From Anolis carolinensis (taxonomy: Eukaryota), in NCBI RefSeq assembly GCF_035594765.1, contig NC_085844.1, positions 160,658,107 to 160,722,106 on the forward strand: a stretch of DNA of 64,000 nucleotides, given 5' to 3'. The translations under genes were made by a program, and so were the position numbers. Under the pieces are notes generated by a model that worked only from the letters and a program-made list of their open reading frames with translations, was not told the origin of the DNA and did no database searches. Of the stretch, positions 50,695 through 61,612 are shown piece after piece; the stretch's first letter is position 1, and each line of letters starts with the position of its first letter.

Positions 50695-52631
50695 AGGGGT
50701 CTTATAGCTCTGGATATTTACACAGGAAGTGCCATGTGTCCCTTCAAGTGTTTTTGAAGATGTTCATGACCAGAGTCACTGGGTTGCTGTGAGTTTTCCG
50801 GGCTGTATGACCATGTTCCAGAAGCATTCTTTCCTGACATTTCTCATTCTCACTGCATTTGGGGGCGGGCACCAAATTTCTGTTTGCTTACACTTGAAAA
50901 TTATCTAGGGTCAGCCCTGTCTGTCAGCCAAATGTTTTATCAATTTCCTGTGCTTCGAAATGACAATCAAAATGAGCCAATCTCTTTCTTCAACAGGCCA
51001 CATGGACATTTATAATTCTATAAGATCACCATTGATGTCCTAGATCAGAAGAGCACATTGATACAATGCTGGTTTCAATCCTAATCTTGAACTAAACACA
51101 GTAACTACAATCCCTTAATAAGTTCTTTTGGTTAAACCCCACCAAAAAGAATTGAGATTTGTACAAAAGTGCTATCCTATTTTTTTGCAAATCTCACAAT
51201 TTGAGAAGATATTTCTAGGTGAATATGTTAAGTGACTTGATCCCTTTGATAAGAAATAAGACCCCCTGTGAAATGGCGATAAATCAATATACGACTTCCA
51301 ATGAGTGATTCCATACAAGCCCCTACCTTTCTTCATGTATTTATTCCCATAAATTAGAATTGGGACATATGTAAATATTTATATTTAGCCCTTCCTATAT
51401 AAATACTAGTGTTAAAAAATAGAAGACATCCATTCAATTCTTGACTGGCCTATAAGAAAAAAAAGACAATAAAGAAATAAAGGAAAGCACCTGATTTAAT
51501 TTTTCTCAATAGACAATGTCACTCACTCACATTCCTAAAGATATGTCCTTCCGGGCTGTGAAAAATACAACAGTTGCCATGTAATTATAATGTTTTATTA
51601 ATAATTGCATTCATTGCTTCAGGAAAATTGTATTTCTGTCTCAAATATGTCAACATTATAAAGTCAGACAACTTTTCAAGGTTTTTAAAGAAAAATATAT
51701 CATGTTGAGTAATGAAACAAAGCAGAGATTTCATTGTTCTGTGATATTATTTTCCATCTTTGAAAACAGGTGGATGAAACATTTTTTTGAGTGTCTTTTT
51801 TCTGAAAGCTAACTTCTGCAGACAATCTAGGCAGGGAAAAATTGATAGTCTACCTGATATATTCTGCTACCACAGTATATAAGTTATAACATTACATTAG
51901 AAATGTTTGTACATGTATAAAAACAGGACAAGTGAATTTGATTGTTTCATATTCTATAAAGTTCCCCATTTTTCATGTGTAGTTTCATTCTGTCCCAGTT
52001 CCACATAAGTTTACAATTTCTTTAAGTCCATACAAAATTCTGGAAGCCTCTTTACATGCCATTTCCCCTGATTTATGCATTTTTGAATACAGTTCACCTG
52101 ATAAGAAGCACATTTCTCTGCAATTTTTGGAACAGCATCACAAGATTTGGAAAACTGTGAAAAACAAAAGATAAGTGTGTTCTGTTTGATACATGGGCTC
52201 AGGCATCAAGAATTGGAACATTCTCTATTTGAATTCAAATACAAAGTGTGTTTCTGTTTCAACGTTAATAATCTCCCCCTTCCTTACATATAAAGCATTG
52301 TCCTATTCAATAATATTTGTTATTATACTATTAAATTTTTGATAGATGTCTTGGCTCAGTTTCAGTAGAGAGGGCATTGCCTGGAATATTTTTTTGGCTG
52401 ATTATCAGGAAGCAATGTGAATTTAGTACCATTAGAAAGGCCAAATTTTGCTGGGAAACTATTGTAAAAGATACTGGCATAGATAGATACAGCTTTCACT
52501 TTTTAAAGGCTTCATTTTACCATCTCCTGTGTTAGAAGTGGCACAAATTGTACTGCCATTTTTTAACTGGTTAGTCTCATTCCAGGGCATTTACAGTATT
52601 AAAAAAACAGAGGCAGATGGTGCAGTTAGAT

Positions 52632-52766
52632 CAGTGGTTCTCATCCTGTAGGTCCCCAGGTATATTGGCCTACAACTTCCAGAAATCCCAGCCAGTTTAC
52701 CAGCTGTTAGGATTTCTGGAAGTTGAGGGCCAAAACATCTGGGGATCCACAGGTTGAGAATCACTG
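52632..52766. mobile_element. hAT MITE (135 bp)
   Basis: TIRs cagtggttctca / tgagaatcactg; 8-bp TSD AGTTAGAT. Confidence 0.9.
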
Positions 52767-52909
52767 AGTTAGATAGAGTTTGGACTTAAGATTAAAAACT
52801 CCCTTCTCCATAGATTTGGGTGGGAATTTCTGCTGTATCAGTTTTAACACTAGAAACACATGTGCAAAGTGCCATCCCATCGCACAAATGACTTCCCCTT
52901 TGGTTAGAT

Positions 52910-53045
52910 CAGTGGTTTTCAACCTATGGGCCCCCAGATGTTTTGGTCTTCAACTCCCAGAAATCCTAACAACTGGTAAAATTGACTGGGATTTCTGGGA
53001 GTTGTAGGCCAAAACACTCGGAGACCCACAAGTTGAGAACTATTG
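52910..53045. mobile_element. hAT MITE, same family, opposite orientation
   Basis: TIRs cagtggttttcaac / gttgagaactattg; 8-bp TSD GGTTAGAT. Confidence 0.88.
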
Positions 53046-53573
53046 GGTTAGATGTCTATTGAATACATATCCTCAATCAACATCAAAGCACAAAGATCAC
53101 TAATCCACAAATTCTATTGCAATACTACTCAAAGTGTATGGACCAGTGCCAATTCACAAACCATCATCTGCCAGTATGCAGAGAAATAGTCTTCTAAAGA
53201 GAAACAGTTGTTGCCAATGGGCACAAAGATGACACCAGTCCCTGTCATATTAGGCAATAGCTTAAGCACTGCAAGTCTACAGGTCACAAACCAAAGCTGG
53301 CCATGAGAGCACATTTCTGGGAAGCAGTTTTTCCCAGTCTGCTTCTCATTTGCATGCTTGGCCTGATAGACTTGTTTCACATCTACTTCGATTCTGTTCA
53401 AAATAAAGTTTCTATTGTCAGAGGACTTTTGTGAAGAAATGGGAACAGGTAGTAATTATCTCAGTGAGACAACAGGTAGACATGTTCCAGACTAGCTATG
53501 AGGAAAAGTCCTATCAGCCTCCTTGTATCACTTTTGCTTAAATACTTATATCAGCTTATTTGCAGTCTAGTAA

Positions 53574-53574
53574 T

Positions 53575-53657
<83 letters not shown>
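53574..53657. repeat. (TTTC)n microsatellite
   Basis: Direct observation. Confidence 0.95.
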
Positions 53658-53658
<1 letters not shown>

Positions 53659-54688
53659 GGAAACACACAAAAAGTACATTGTGAAACTTATTTCGATATG
53701 CATTTTTAAACATCTTTGCTCTTAGAATAGATACTTCTTAATGCATTTACTCTCACAACTTGCATTTCCACATACATTTTTTGATCTGAGAACCGCTTCA
53801 GAACACTTTGGGAGTGCAAAAGCCAGTGGATAACTAAATTTGAATCCAGACACTAGCCCAGAAGGTTGCAGATCAGGTCAGTTCATATTGGAATTGCAAT
53901 TGCTTCCAAGCTGTGAAATGATTATAAACTAATGCCATGACTGCTGCTGAAATATGCAGGTTAATTTGAGGGTCCTAAGAACTGTGGATGTTTGACCATG
54001 TAATAAAGCATTTGTTCATAATGCCATGAAATTGAACATTTTTATTGTACAATAGACAATTCGTTTGCAATGAGAAGCCCAATATTTTTGTATGCCCCTG
54101 CTGTGACCTGCCTGTCACTTCTTCTTCCTATCCAGGTATCCCCCTAAGGGGAAACTGCAGAGGACAGATTTAGTGGAGGGAGACAGTTGACAGTACTCTT
54201 CTCAGCCCTCCTTTCTATTTTCTTCCTTCTGTCCATTGTCCCTTTTGTCAGATGATGAAATGCAGCTTGGAATGCTCATTAAGAGCCTTCTCAGGAGTCC
54301 AGAAAGAGTTTTGAGATAGTTTTTTGACCAATAAAAAGACTCACTTTGGTATAACATTTTTATCTAATAATAATAACTTTATTTTTGTACTCCGCCTCCA
54401 TCTCCCTGAAGAGACTCGGGGTGGTTTACAGATGGCACAAGATGCCTTAAACAACGCATAAAATAAACACACAGTACAATACAAAATAAAATCACTAGTA
54501 TATAAAACAACAACTTGAACTCAACTACATGAAGCAATACTACTGTTTCCCATACTGTCTAGCTAAATGCTTCTAAAATGTCCACAAATAGTGAATTAAG
54601 GCAAAGATTCTTTCCTACTCCTGTTACTCAAAGAACTGGGCCAGAATCCATGTATCGGTCCCAATAACAGAATCAAGGGACTTTAGAT

Positions 54689-54826
54689 AAGAAACTTCCC
54701 CCCACTGCACAGCTGGGGGAGGGAAGGGGATTTGCCCCCTCCCAACGAAGGAGAGACTTCTGGAAGGGGGGCGGGGCTTCTAGGAAGCTGCCCGCCTCTT
54801 AGATCACTCACTTTTGGAGCTTCGAC
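54689..54826 (+). repeat. Ngaro repeat A1 (138 bp)
   Basis: Identical by eye to 61320-61457; contains a GC box. Confidence 0.95.
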
Positions 54827-55526
54827 GTGAGAGGATCCAAGAGTGGGAGCTCCTGTCCCTTGGTGCCGAGGTCCAGGAGGAGAACGTCGAGGGAGATTTA
54901 TCCCCTTTTTTCATCTGTTTATACTACTGCTTTGAGGTCTGTATAGGAAGGGAGAGAGGCTGAGGCAGGGGAGCCAGGGTTGGCCTTGGCTGCTGCTTGG
55001 CTTCTCCCTCGACGTCATTGTGCCTGGTAATGTTAAGAATTTGTTTGGAAATTAATTTGCTTCCCCAGTTCTAAGGGGTTTTGGGCGGAGGAGGGTGCGT
55101 GCGGGGCCCTCGCGCCTCTTCTCCGTTCCTCCCTTCTTCCTTTGCATGGTCCTGAGCCATGAGTGTGAAGGTGTAGGCGGGGGCTTTACTTTTGGGAGAT
55201 ATGGGGATGATGTACCTTTTTTCCATGTTTAAGTTGGCTTTATTTATTGTGTAATTTTATTTGGATGGTATGAATGATGAATTGGTTGTTTGGGTTGCTT
55301 TTTGATTTGACGTTTGGGAATGGAAGCTATGTGGTAGGGTCGCCATTTTTATTACCAGTCTTATGTAGAGGTGTTGCTGGGCAGATTGGCTGTGTTTGTG
55401 GCGCGAATTCCCTGTTGCTGGGCAGATTGCCATAGCCGTTTGTGTCGGTTCTGTGAATTTCGCGCTCTTTTTGCTTGTAGTTTGCCGCGGTTTTTCCTTG
55501 GGCAGCCATGTTGGTTGCCAGGTTGG

Positions 55527-55725
55527 GTGAGGGCTGGTCAGCCATTTTACTTGTGGGCATGGGCAAGTGTTTGCGGCGGCCATATTTGTTAAGGGAATTA
55601 GGCTGGAAAGGACGGGCGCCATGTTGAGTGAGGGCTGGTCAGCCATTTTACTTGTGGGCATGGGCAAGTGTTTGCGGCGGCTATATTTGTTAAGGGAATT
55701 AGGCTGGAAAGGACGGGCAGCCATT
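55527..55725 (+). repeat. 101-bp tandem duplication in the Ngaro leader
   Basis: gtgagggctggtcagccattttacttgtgggcatggg... starts at 55527 and again at 55628. Confidence 0.9.
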
Positions 55726-56431
55726 TTTGTAGCTGGCATATTAAATAGTACAATGGTGGCCATTTTGTTGATCGGTCGGCCATCTTTGTTAAGGGAATGG
55801 CAGCCATTTTAGGTGCTTCATGGCAGCCATTTTACAGAACGTTTTTTAAGGGATTCTAATGGCGGTGGCCATTTTTAATTTGGGCATACTCACATTGCAT
55901 TGGTTTAATGCTATAACAATTGATGGTATTGACTGATTGGTTTTTAAAAATACAAATGGATTATTAGTAATTGATTAGATGGTTCAAGTTAAGTCATTGA
56001 TAATGTATGGAGATTAATTAATTCATATGTATTTATGGTGGCTGATTAATTAATGAATTGATATTGGGGTTAATTGATTAATATATTTAATTAATTTCAT
56101 GGGGTAATTTATTTAATATGCTATTGAGGACAATAAATTAATGAGATTCTCTATATAAATTGGGGTATTAACTTATTGAATTAATTTTAATATCATGTTT
56201 ATATAGTAGGTGCATATCAGTGTGTGGTATTGTATGCTTTAATTAAATGGATGCTTGGTTGCTTTTGATTTAAGAAACGTTAGTCGCTTCGGGTCCCTTG
56301 GCTTGGATAGGGTAGGGAGTTGGCTCATTCTAGTTTCTGCCAGCCCCTCCCCCCCCCCCACTTATTTGCTACTGAACTTTCTTCCTCAATATTAACTTTT
56401 CGTGGTCTTACTGAACTTCTTATTTTGCAGT

Positions 56432-57784
56432 ATGCCACCGAAGAAGAATGTTGGGGGGCCTAAGGGCAAGGGTCCTGCGAAGAAGATTCCAGCAAAGCGC
56501 CCGCCTCCACCAAGTGGTCCTTCAACCGAGGATGAAGACTCTGCACAGTTGTTGGGAGTGTTGGTCGCCCGGATCGAGGCACTGGAAAGAGAGAAAGCAG
56601 CGGCTGCTGCTGCGGAGGCGCAGAAGGCTGGTGGGGGCAGTAACACCGGGTTAATTAGGTCCTTATTTTCCCGTATTTCTGCCTTAGAAGGGGAAAGGAG
56701 TGCTGCAGTGCCTGTCGCTGATGCGAGCCTGGTTACATCTACGCCGGTGACCGCTGAAGCTGTTCCATCTACTTCGGCGGCAGCAGCTGAGATGAGAAGT
56801 GCCGTATCCGCTTTAGGTAAAGGGGACACACACACCTTCCCTTGGGGAGTGGCAGACTCTCAAGATCTTATCACAACCCAAGCACGTGACGAGCCTGTTC
56901 CATCAACCAGCGGCACGCAATTAGCTATCGTGGCTCCGGTGGTTGAGACACCAAGCGTGGTGGTAGCCTCTTTGGATTCAACACCTACTATTGAGAATTC
57001 TTTGTGTTTTTGGGGCACGGCTGATTGGCCTTTGCCGGCCTCCGATAGCCTTAGTGCTACAGCTTTAGGCTCGCATTTGGCTCAAAAGACAATTGATAAA
57101 ATTTTAAGGAATGAATACATCGACATTTTTACCCTGTATTTCAGGGAACTTGATAAGAAAGAAAAAGATGATTTAGATGATGAAAGAAAGGAAATTATGA
57201 AAAAACGCAAAGTGGACCAGAATTGGGGCAATTGGTTCTCTTGCTTTTTAATTTACGGAGGGGTTCTAGTGAAGGCTTACCCTTCCAGAGCCCATTCTCT
57301 TTTTCAGTACATGAACATTATCAATTCAGCTTATGTAAATTTTACAGGTAGCGCTTGGCTCTTGTATGACAAGCGCTTTAGGCTTCGTGCGGCTCACTCT
57401 CCAACTTTGCGCTGGGATTTGATTGACCATCAGCTGTGGTTGGAGGTTCTAACTCCGGCACGTCCCATTGCGGGCGAGAAGGCCGACAGTGGGCACACAA
57501 TTCAAAATTCTCGAGCTGGGCAGTCCTTTCGTCAGCATCCATATTCCCAGTATCAGCAACCACAGCAATCTCAACAACGCTTGCTATGCTGGGAATATTC
57601 TTCGCAGGGAGTTTGTTCCCGAAGAGGTTGCAAGTTCCAGCACGTTTGTGCCATCTGTTCAGGGCAACATTCTTCCAAATTTTGCAGTAAGGGAAAACCT
57701 GGTAAGGGTGGGGGAAAGAGTAACCACGATCCCAGGAGAGGTTTCGGCTCAGGTGGGTTTTCCAAAGGGGCCCAGCCCAATTAA
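56432..57784 (+). CDS. Ngaro ORF1, Gag-like protein
   Basis: First ATG gives MPPKK; basic N-terminus, coiled-coil-like RIEALE / RISALE, AWLLYDKRFR, C-terminal CCCH/CCHC finger CWEY....CSRRGCKFQHVCAICSGQH....C. Confidence 0.88.
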   Translation: MPPKKNVGGPKGKGPAKKIPAKRPPPPSGPSTEDEDSAQLLGVLVARIEALEREKAAAAAAEAQKAGGGSNTGLIRSLFSRISALEGERSAAVPVADASLVTSTPVTAEAVPSTSAAAAEMRSAVSALGKGDTHTFPWGVADSQDLITTQARDEPVPSTSGTQLAIVAPVVETPSVVVASLDSTPTIENSLCFWGTADWPLPASDSLSATALGSHLAQKTIDKILRNEYIDIFTLYFRELDKKEKDDLDDERKEIMKKRKVDQNWGNWFSCFLIYGGVLVKAYPSRAHSLFQYMNIINSAYVNFTGSAWLLYDKRFRLRAAHSPTLRWDLIDHQLWLEVLTPARPIAGEKADSGHTIQNSRAGQSFRQHPYSQYQQPQQSQQRLLCWEYSSQGVCSRRGCKFQHVCAICSGQHSSKFCSKGKPGKGGGKSNHDPRRGFGSGGFSKGAQPN

Positions 57785-59359
57785 TCTAGTTCAGTTAGAT
57801 TTGTGGTTATCCAGTTATCCCAATTTAGGCGCAGCTAGTTATCTGCGTGCTGGGTTTTTTGAGGGTTTTAGGATTCCTGCAATGGGACATAGAGCTCCTT
57901 TCAGGGCACCGAATCTGAAATCCGTTATTGGCATGGAGGACGTTGTCCTTGCTAAAATCAATAAGGAAGTTGCAGAGGGTAGGGTTCTTGGCCCATTTAG
58001 GTCTCCTCCCACTCCTAGGTTAAGGGTTTCACCATTAGGGATTGTTCCAAAGAAGGCACCGGGGGAGTTTCGACTCATTCACACCTTTCCTATCCCAGGG
58101 GAAGGTCAGTGAATGACGCGATTCCTGATGATTTTTGTACAGTCCACTATACTTCTTTTGATTTGGCGGTTAGGAAAGTGAGATCTAGGGGGCCGGCGGC
58201 AGAATTGGCAAAGTGTGACATCAAGTCTGCTTTCCGGCTACTGCCTGTACATCCGCTGGACTTCGAGCTGTTGGGTTTTCAGTTCAAGGGGTTGTACTAT
58301 ATGGACAGGGCTCTTCCCATGGGCTGTTCAGTTTCCTGTGCTGCTTTTGAGTCCTTTAGCACCTTTTTGGAGTGGGCCCTTAAATCAAAATCGGGTTTAT
58401 CGGGGGTTGTGCACTACCTGGATGATTTTTTATTTATAGGGATGTCTGGTTCTGGAGAATGCGAATTTCTTCTGCATTCTTTTCAGGAACTGGCCGATCA
58501 GTTAGGGGTTCCCTTAGCCCCCGATAAAACAGAGGGCCCGGCTACTAAATTGACCTTTTTGGGGATTGAGCTTGATACAGTGCAGCAAGCCTCCAGTTTA
58601 CCTAGGGAGAAAGTTTTTAATCTAGTAGATAGGATTCGAGCTTTTGTTACCCGTAACAAGGCCACATTGCGGGAGTTTCAGGAGCTTATTGGGCATTTAA
58701 ATTTTGCATGCAGAGTCATAGCTCCTGGGCGTCCTTTTTTGCGCAGACTCTGCGATGCTATTTCTGGGGTTAGACTTCCGCACTATCATGTGCGGATTAC
58801 ACGTGGGATCAAAGCTGATTTGGACATTTGGTTACAATTTTTAAATCAATATAATGGGATTTCCTTTTGGAGACAGGATCTTTTGTTGAAGGATGCTCTT
58901 CAGATAGCTTCTGATGCTTCTGGAGCCATCGGCTTTGGTGTATTTTTTAATGGGCATTGGTGTGCCGAGCTTTGGCCCAGGGAGTGGCACACCAAGGGTA
59001 TAACGTCCGATTTAACATTTTTGGAGTTTTTTCCAATTTTGGTGGCTGTCACGCTGTGGGCTGATCAAATGACAAATTCCACCGTTCATTTTTGGTGTGA
59101 TAACCAGGCTACGGTGCAGGTTATCAATTCTTTAACATCTAAGTCAGTCAGACTGATGGAGGCTTTGAGGTTTTTTACACTCCACTGTCTAAAGTATAAT
59201 ATACTGTTTAAAGCTTTTCATATTGCAGGGACAGATAATTCTCTCGCTGATGCTCTGTCCCGTATGCAGATGGATCGCTTCAGGCAGCTTGCCCCCAGCG
59301 CAGATTTGCACCCCCAGAACATGCCGGTCCATCTTTGGAAAATTGGGAACAGTCCATAG
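57765..59359 (+). pseudogene. Ngaro RT-RNase H with a 1-bp frameshift near 58082
   Basis: VSPLGIVPKK..FRLIH, KCDIKSAFR, LPMG, HYLDDF; RNase H SDAS, LEF, CDN, ADALSR. Adding one C restores RLIHHLSYPRGRSVND. The start is approximate (frame is open from 57468). Confidence 0.9.
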
Positions 59360-60249
59360 TCCGGGGAATGAAGTTGGCTTTGGCCACGACTTCCAGAAAA
59401 TCTTACGTCAGAGCGGTGCAGGAGTTTCATGAGTTTAAAAAGTTGTATGCCATAAGTTCTGTTTCACCGATTCCATATGAGCACGTCGCACAGTTTGGTG
59501 TTTTTCTGGAAAGGAAGGGGTTGGCCCCTCAAACTATTCATGCGAAATTATCTGCCCTGGCTTATTGGCTTAAGGCTCAGGGCTTTCCAGATGTTACAGC
59601 CGATTTTAGGCTTCGCAAATGGCTGGAAGGTTTGTCGCGGGAGCAGGTTAGGCCACGTGACTGCCGTCAGCCATTGACACCTGAAATTCTCAAAGGCTTA
59701 AAGCAAATTTGGCCCAAAATTTGTGAATCTCATTACGAAGCTTTGCTATTGCAGGCAGCGGCTCTCACCGCTTTCTTTGGGGCTCTTCGTATTAGTGAGC
59801 TGGTCGCCTCTTCAAAGGCTGATCAATCTAGAAGGGCCTTGCAATTTTCGGACCTGCGGCTCCAGCAGGACAAATTGGAATTGTTTATCAGGACTTCTAA
59901 AACGGATCAAAAAGGGAAGGGTTCCATTATCAAATTGGGATGCTGTAGTGATTTGGAATTATGCCCAGTTGCAGCTTTGTCATCTTTTGTGTCCTGCAGA
60001 GGAACGTCAGCTGGTTTTCTTTTTTGTCATCGGGATGGAGCACCGTTGACAAAATACCAGTTCTGGGCCTTGACTTCTAAGGCCTTAGGAATGTTGGGTA
60101 TCAAAGATCAGAAATTTGGTACTCATTCCTTTAGAATTGGGGCTGCTTCCACTGCTGCTGTTATGGGCTACTCTATAGACAAAATTAAGATGTTGGGAAG
60201 ATGGAAATCTGGTGCCTACCGTGCGTATGTGCGTCATATATCGGATTAG
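59335..60249 (+). CDS. Tyrosine recombinase (Ngaro integrase)
   Basis: GALRISEL, SKTDQ, CPV, HSFRIGAA, GRWKS, YRAY: complete R-K-HxxR-W-Y set. Confidence 0.95.
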   Translation: MENWEQSIVRGMKLALATTSRKSYVRAVQEFHEFKKLYAISSVSPIPYEHVAQFGVFLERKGLAPQTIHAKLSALAYWLKAQGFPDVTADFRLRKWLEGLSREQVRPRDCRQPLTPEILKGLKQIWPKICESHYEALLLQAAALTAFFGALRISELVASSKADQSRRALQFSDLRLQQDKLELFIRTSKTDQKGKGSIIKLGCCSDLELCPVAALSSFVSCRGTSAGFLFCHRDGAPLTKYQFWALTSKALGMLGIKDQKFGTHSFRIGAASTAAVMGYSIDKIKMLGRWKSGAYRAYVRHISD

Positions 60250-60272
60250 TTATATGGCTTTTTGTTTTTCAG

Positions 60273-60871
60273 AACCCACCCTGTTGGCAAGTAGACGACG
60301 CGTCCTGATTTGCGGGCACAGTTATGTGCACTGGGCAGAGCGACAGGCGCGCAGAGGTCCCTACGGCCAGCATTTCGGCCTCGCTTCCTTGGCTTTTGTT
60401 GAATGGAGGGGAAGAAGAGGTCTGCGGTGGGAGGGTTTGCTCCCTTTGTTGTTTGGGTCAGGGGTCCGTTTTCCACCTGACCTTATTGTTATGCATTTGG
60501 GAGGCAATGATTTGGGGCTGCTTAAAGGCAGGGCCCTTTTTCTCCAGGTTTTAAATGACATGCACAAGATCCAGGAGGTGTGGCCTTATACCGGATTGGC
60601 ATAGTCAGCAATTATTCCTAGGCCACGTTGGCCCTATGGGGACGGTAAAAAATTGGACAAAGCAAGGAAACGGGTCAATAGGGCCCTGCGGAAGGTTTTG
60701 GAAAATGGCATGGGTTACTATATCCCTCATGACACCATTAGATTCAATGATTCGACGATGTATCGGACTGATGGGATCCATCTGTCCGAACTGGGCAACC
60801 AAATTTTCTTAGCGGATCTGCAGAAAGGAATTAGGGAAATTCTTTCGAATTTGGTGGGGGTCAGGAGCTAA
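60273..60871 (+). pseudogene. SGNH/GDSL hydrolase (esterase) domain, with one in-frame TAG at 60602-60604
   Basis: Block I ICGHSYV, block III HLGGNDL, block V DGIHLS..G in one frame (ORFs 60212-60604 and 60653-60871); preceded by a polypyrimidine-AG. Confidence 0.88.
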
Positions 60872-60895
60872 ATAGACATTTGCTCCTGAACTGTG

Positions 60896-61321
60896 GCGGA
60901 ATGCTTAGGGGAATCTCTTATTTTGGTGTGCACCACAAGGCACCTCTGTTTTGGTGTTGGCCAGAGGCGTGAATCCTCGCTTAGGGTTTTTACAGCCCCG
61001 GCGAGGGTGAACGATTATGGCCTTGGAATGGGAGACTTTGACCTCATTTGTTTCGGAGGCAAAACTCTCCAACACATTCCCCTTTAGGTCATCCAGGTTT
61101 AGATAGACTGGGGACCTGGTGTTTCGCCCTAAATTCAGTCTTAATGGATGGTCGGGTATGACCACTAATATCGGCTTATGCCTTACCAAATTCTTAGATG
61201 GCTAAGGATTTTTGGCCCTAGTTCCAAATTAAAGTTAAATAGGTAACTATCAATAAAGTTGCCCAGTTTTAAACCCAAGCTTACTTGTCTTGTCTCGTTA
61301 TTTCGGAGGGTTGGAGGGCAA
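60896..61321 (+). repeat. Ngaro repeat B1 (426 bp)
   Basis: Repeated at offset 717; the ORF track shows identical 94-aa translations; contains AATAAA. Confidence 0.95.
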
Positions 61322-61457
61322 GAAACTTCCCCCCACTGCACAGCTGGGGGAGGGAAGGGGATTTGCCCCCTCCCAACGAAGGAGAGACTTCTGGAAGGGG
61401 GGCGGGGCTTCTAGGAAGCTGCCCGCCTCTTAGATCACTCACTTTTGGAGCTTCGAC
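61320..61457 (+). repeat. Ngaro repeat A2
   Basis: Copy of A1. Confidence 0.95.
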
Positions 61458-61612
61458 CCACCCGCCCGCCGCTAACAGTATAGCAGTAGTGTGGTCGCTT
61501 AGATGGGCCGGGTAGGAATTTTTTCCCTCCCATATTCTGGGAGGGTTATTCGCCTACCCTATACTGTGTGGAGTGGTAAATTGGGGGATGTGGTCATTTA
61601 ATTAGGTGGTCA

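Noticed and set aside
53129-53401. 90-aa ORF with an acceptor-like start
   Set aside because: No recognisable product; cannot be supported.
55257-55812. Overlapping ORFs rich in KMA motifs
   Set aside because: Artefact of repeated AAAATGGC motifs and the 101-bp duplication.
57750-57770. GGGTTTT as a -1 frameshift signal between Ngaro gag and pol
   Set aside because: Heptamer is out of register in the gag frame, and pol is in the +1 frame.
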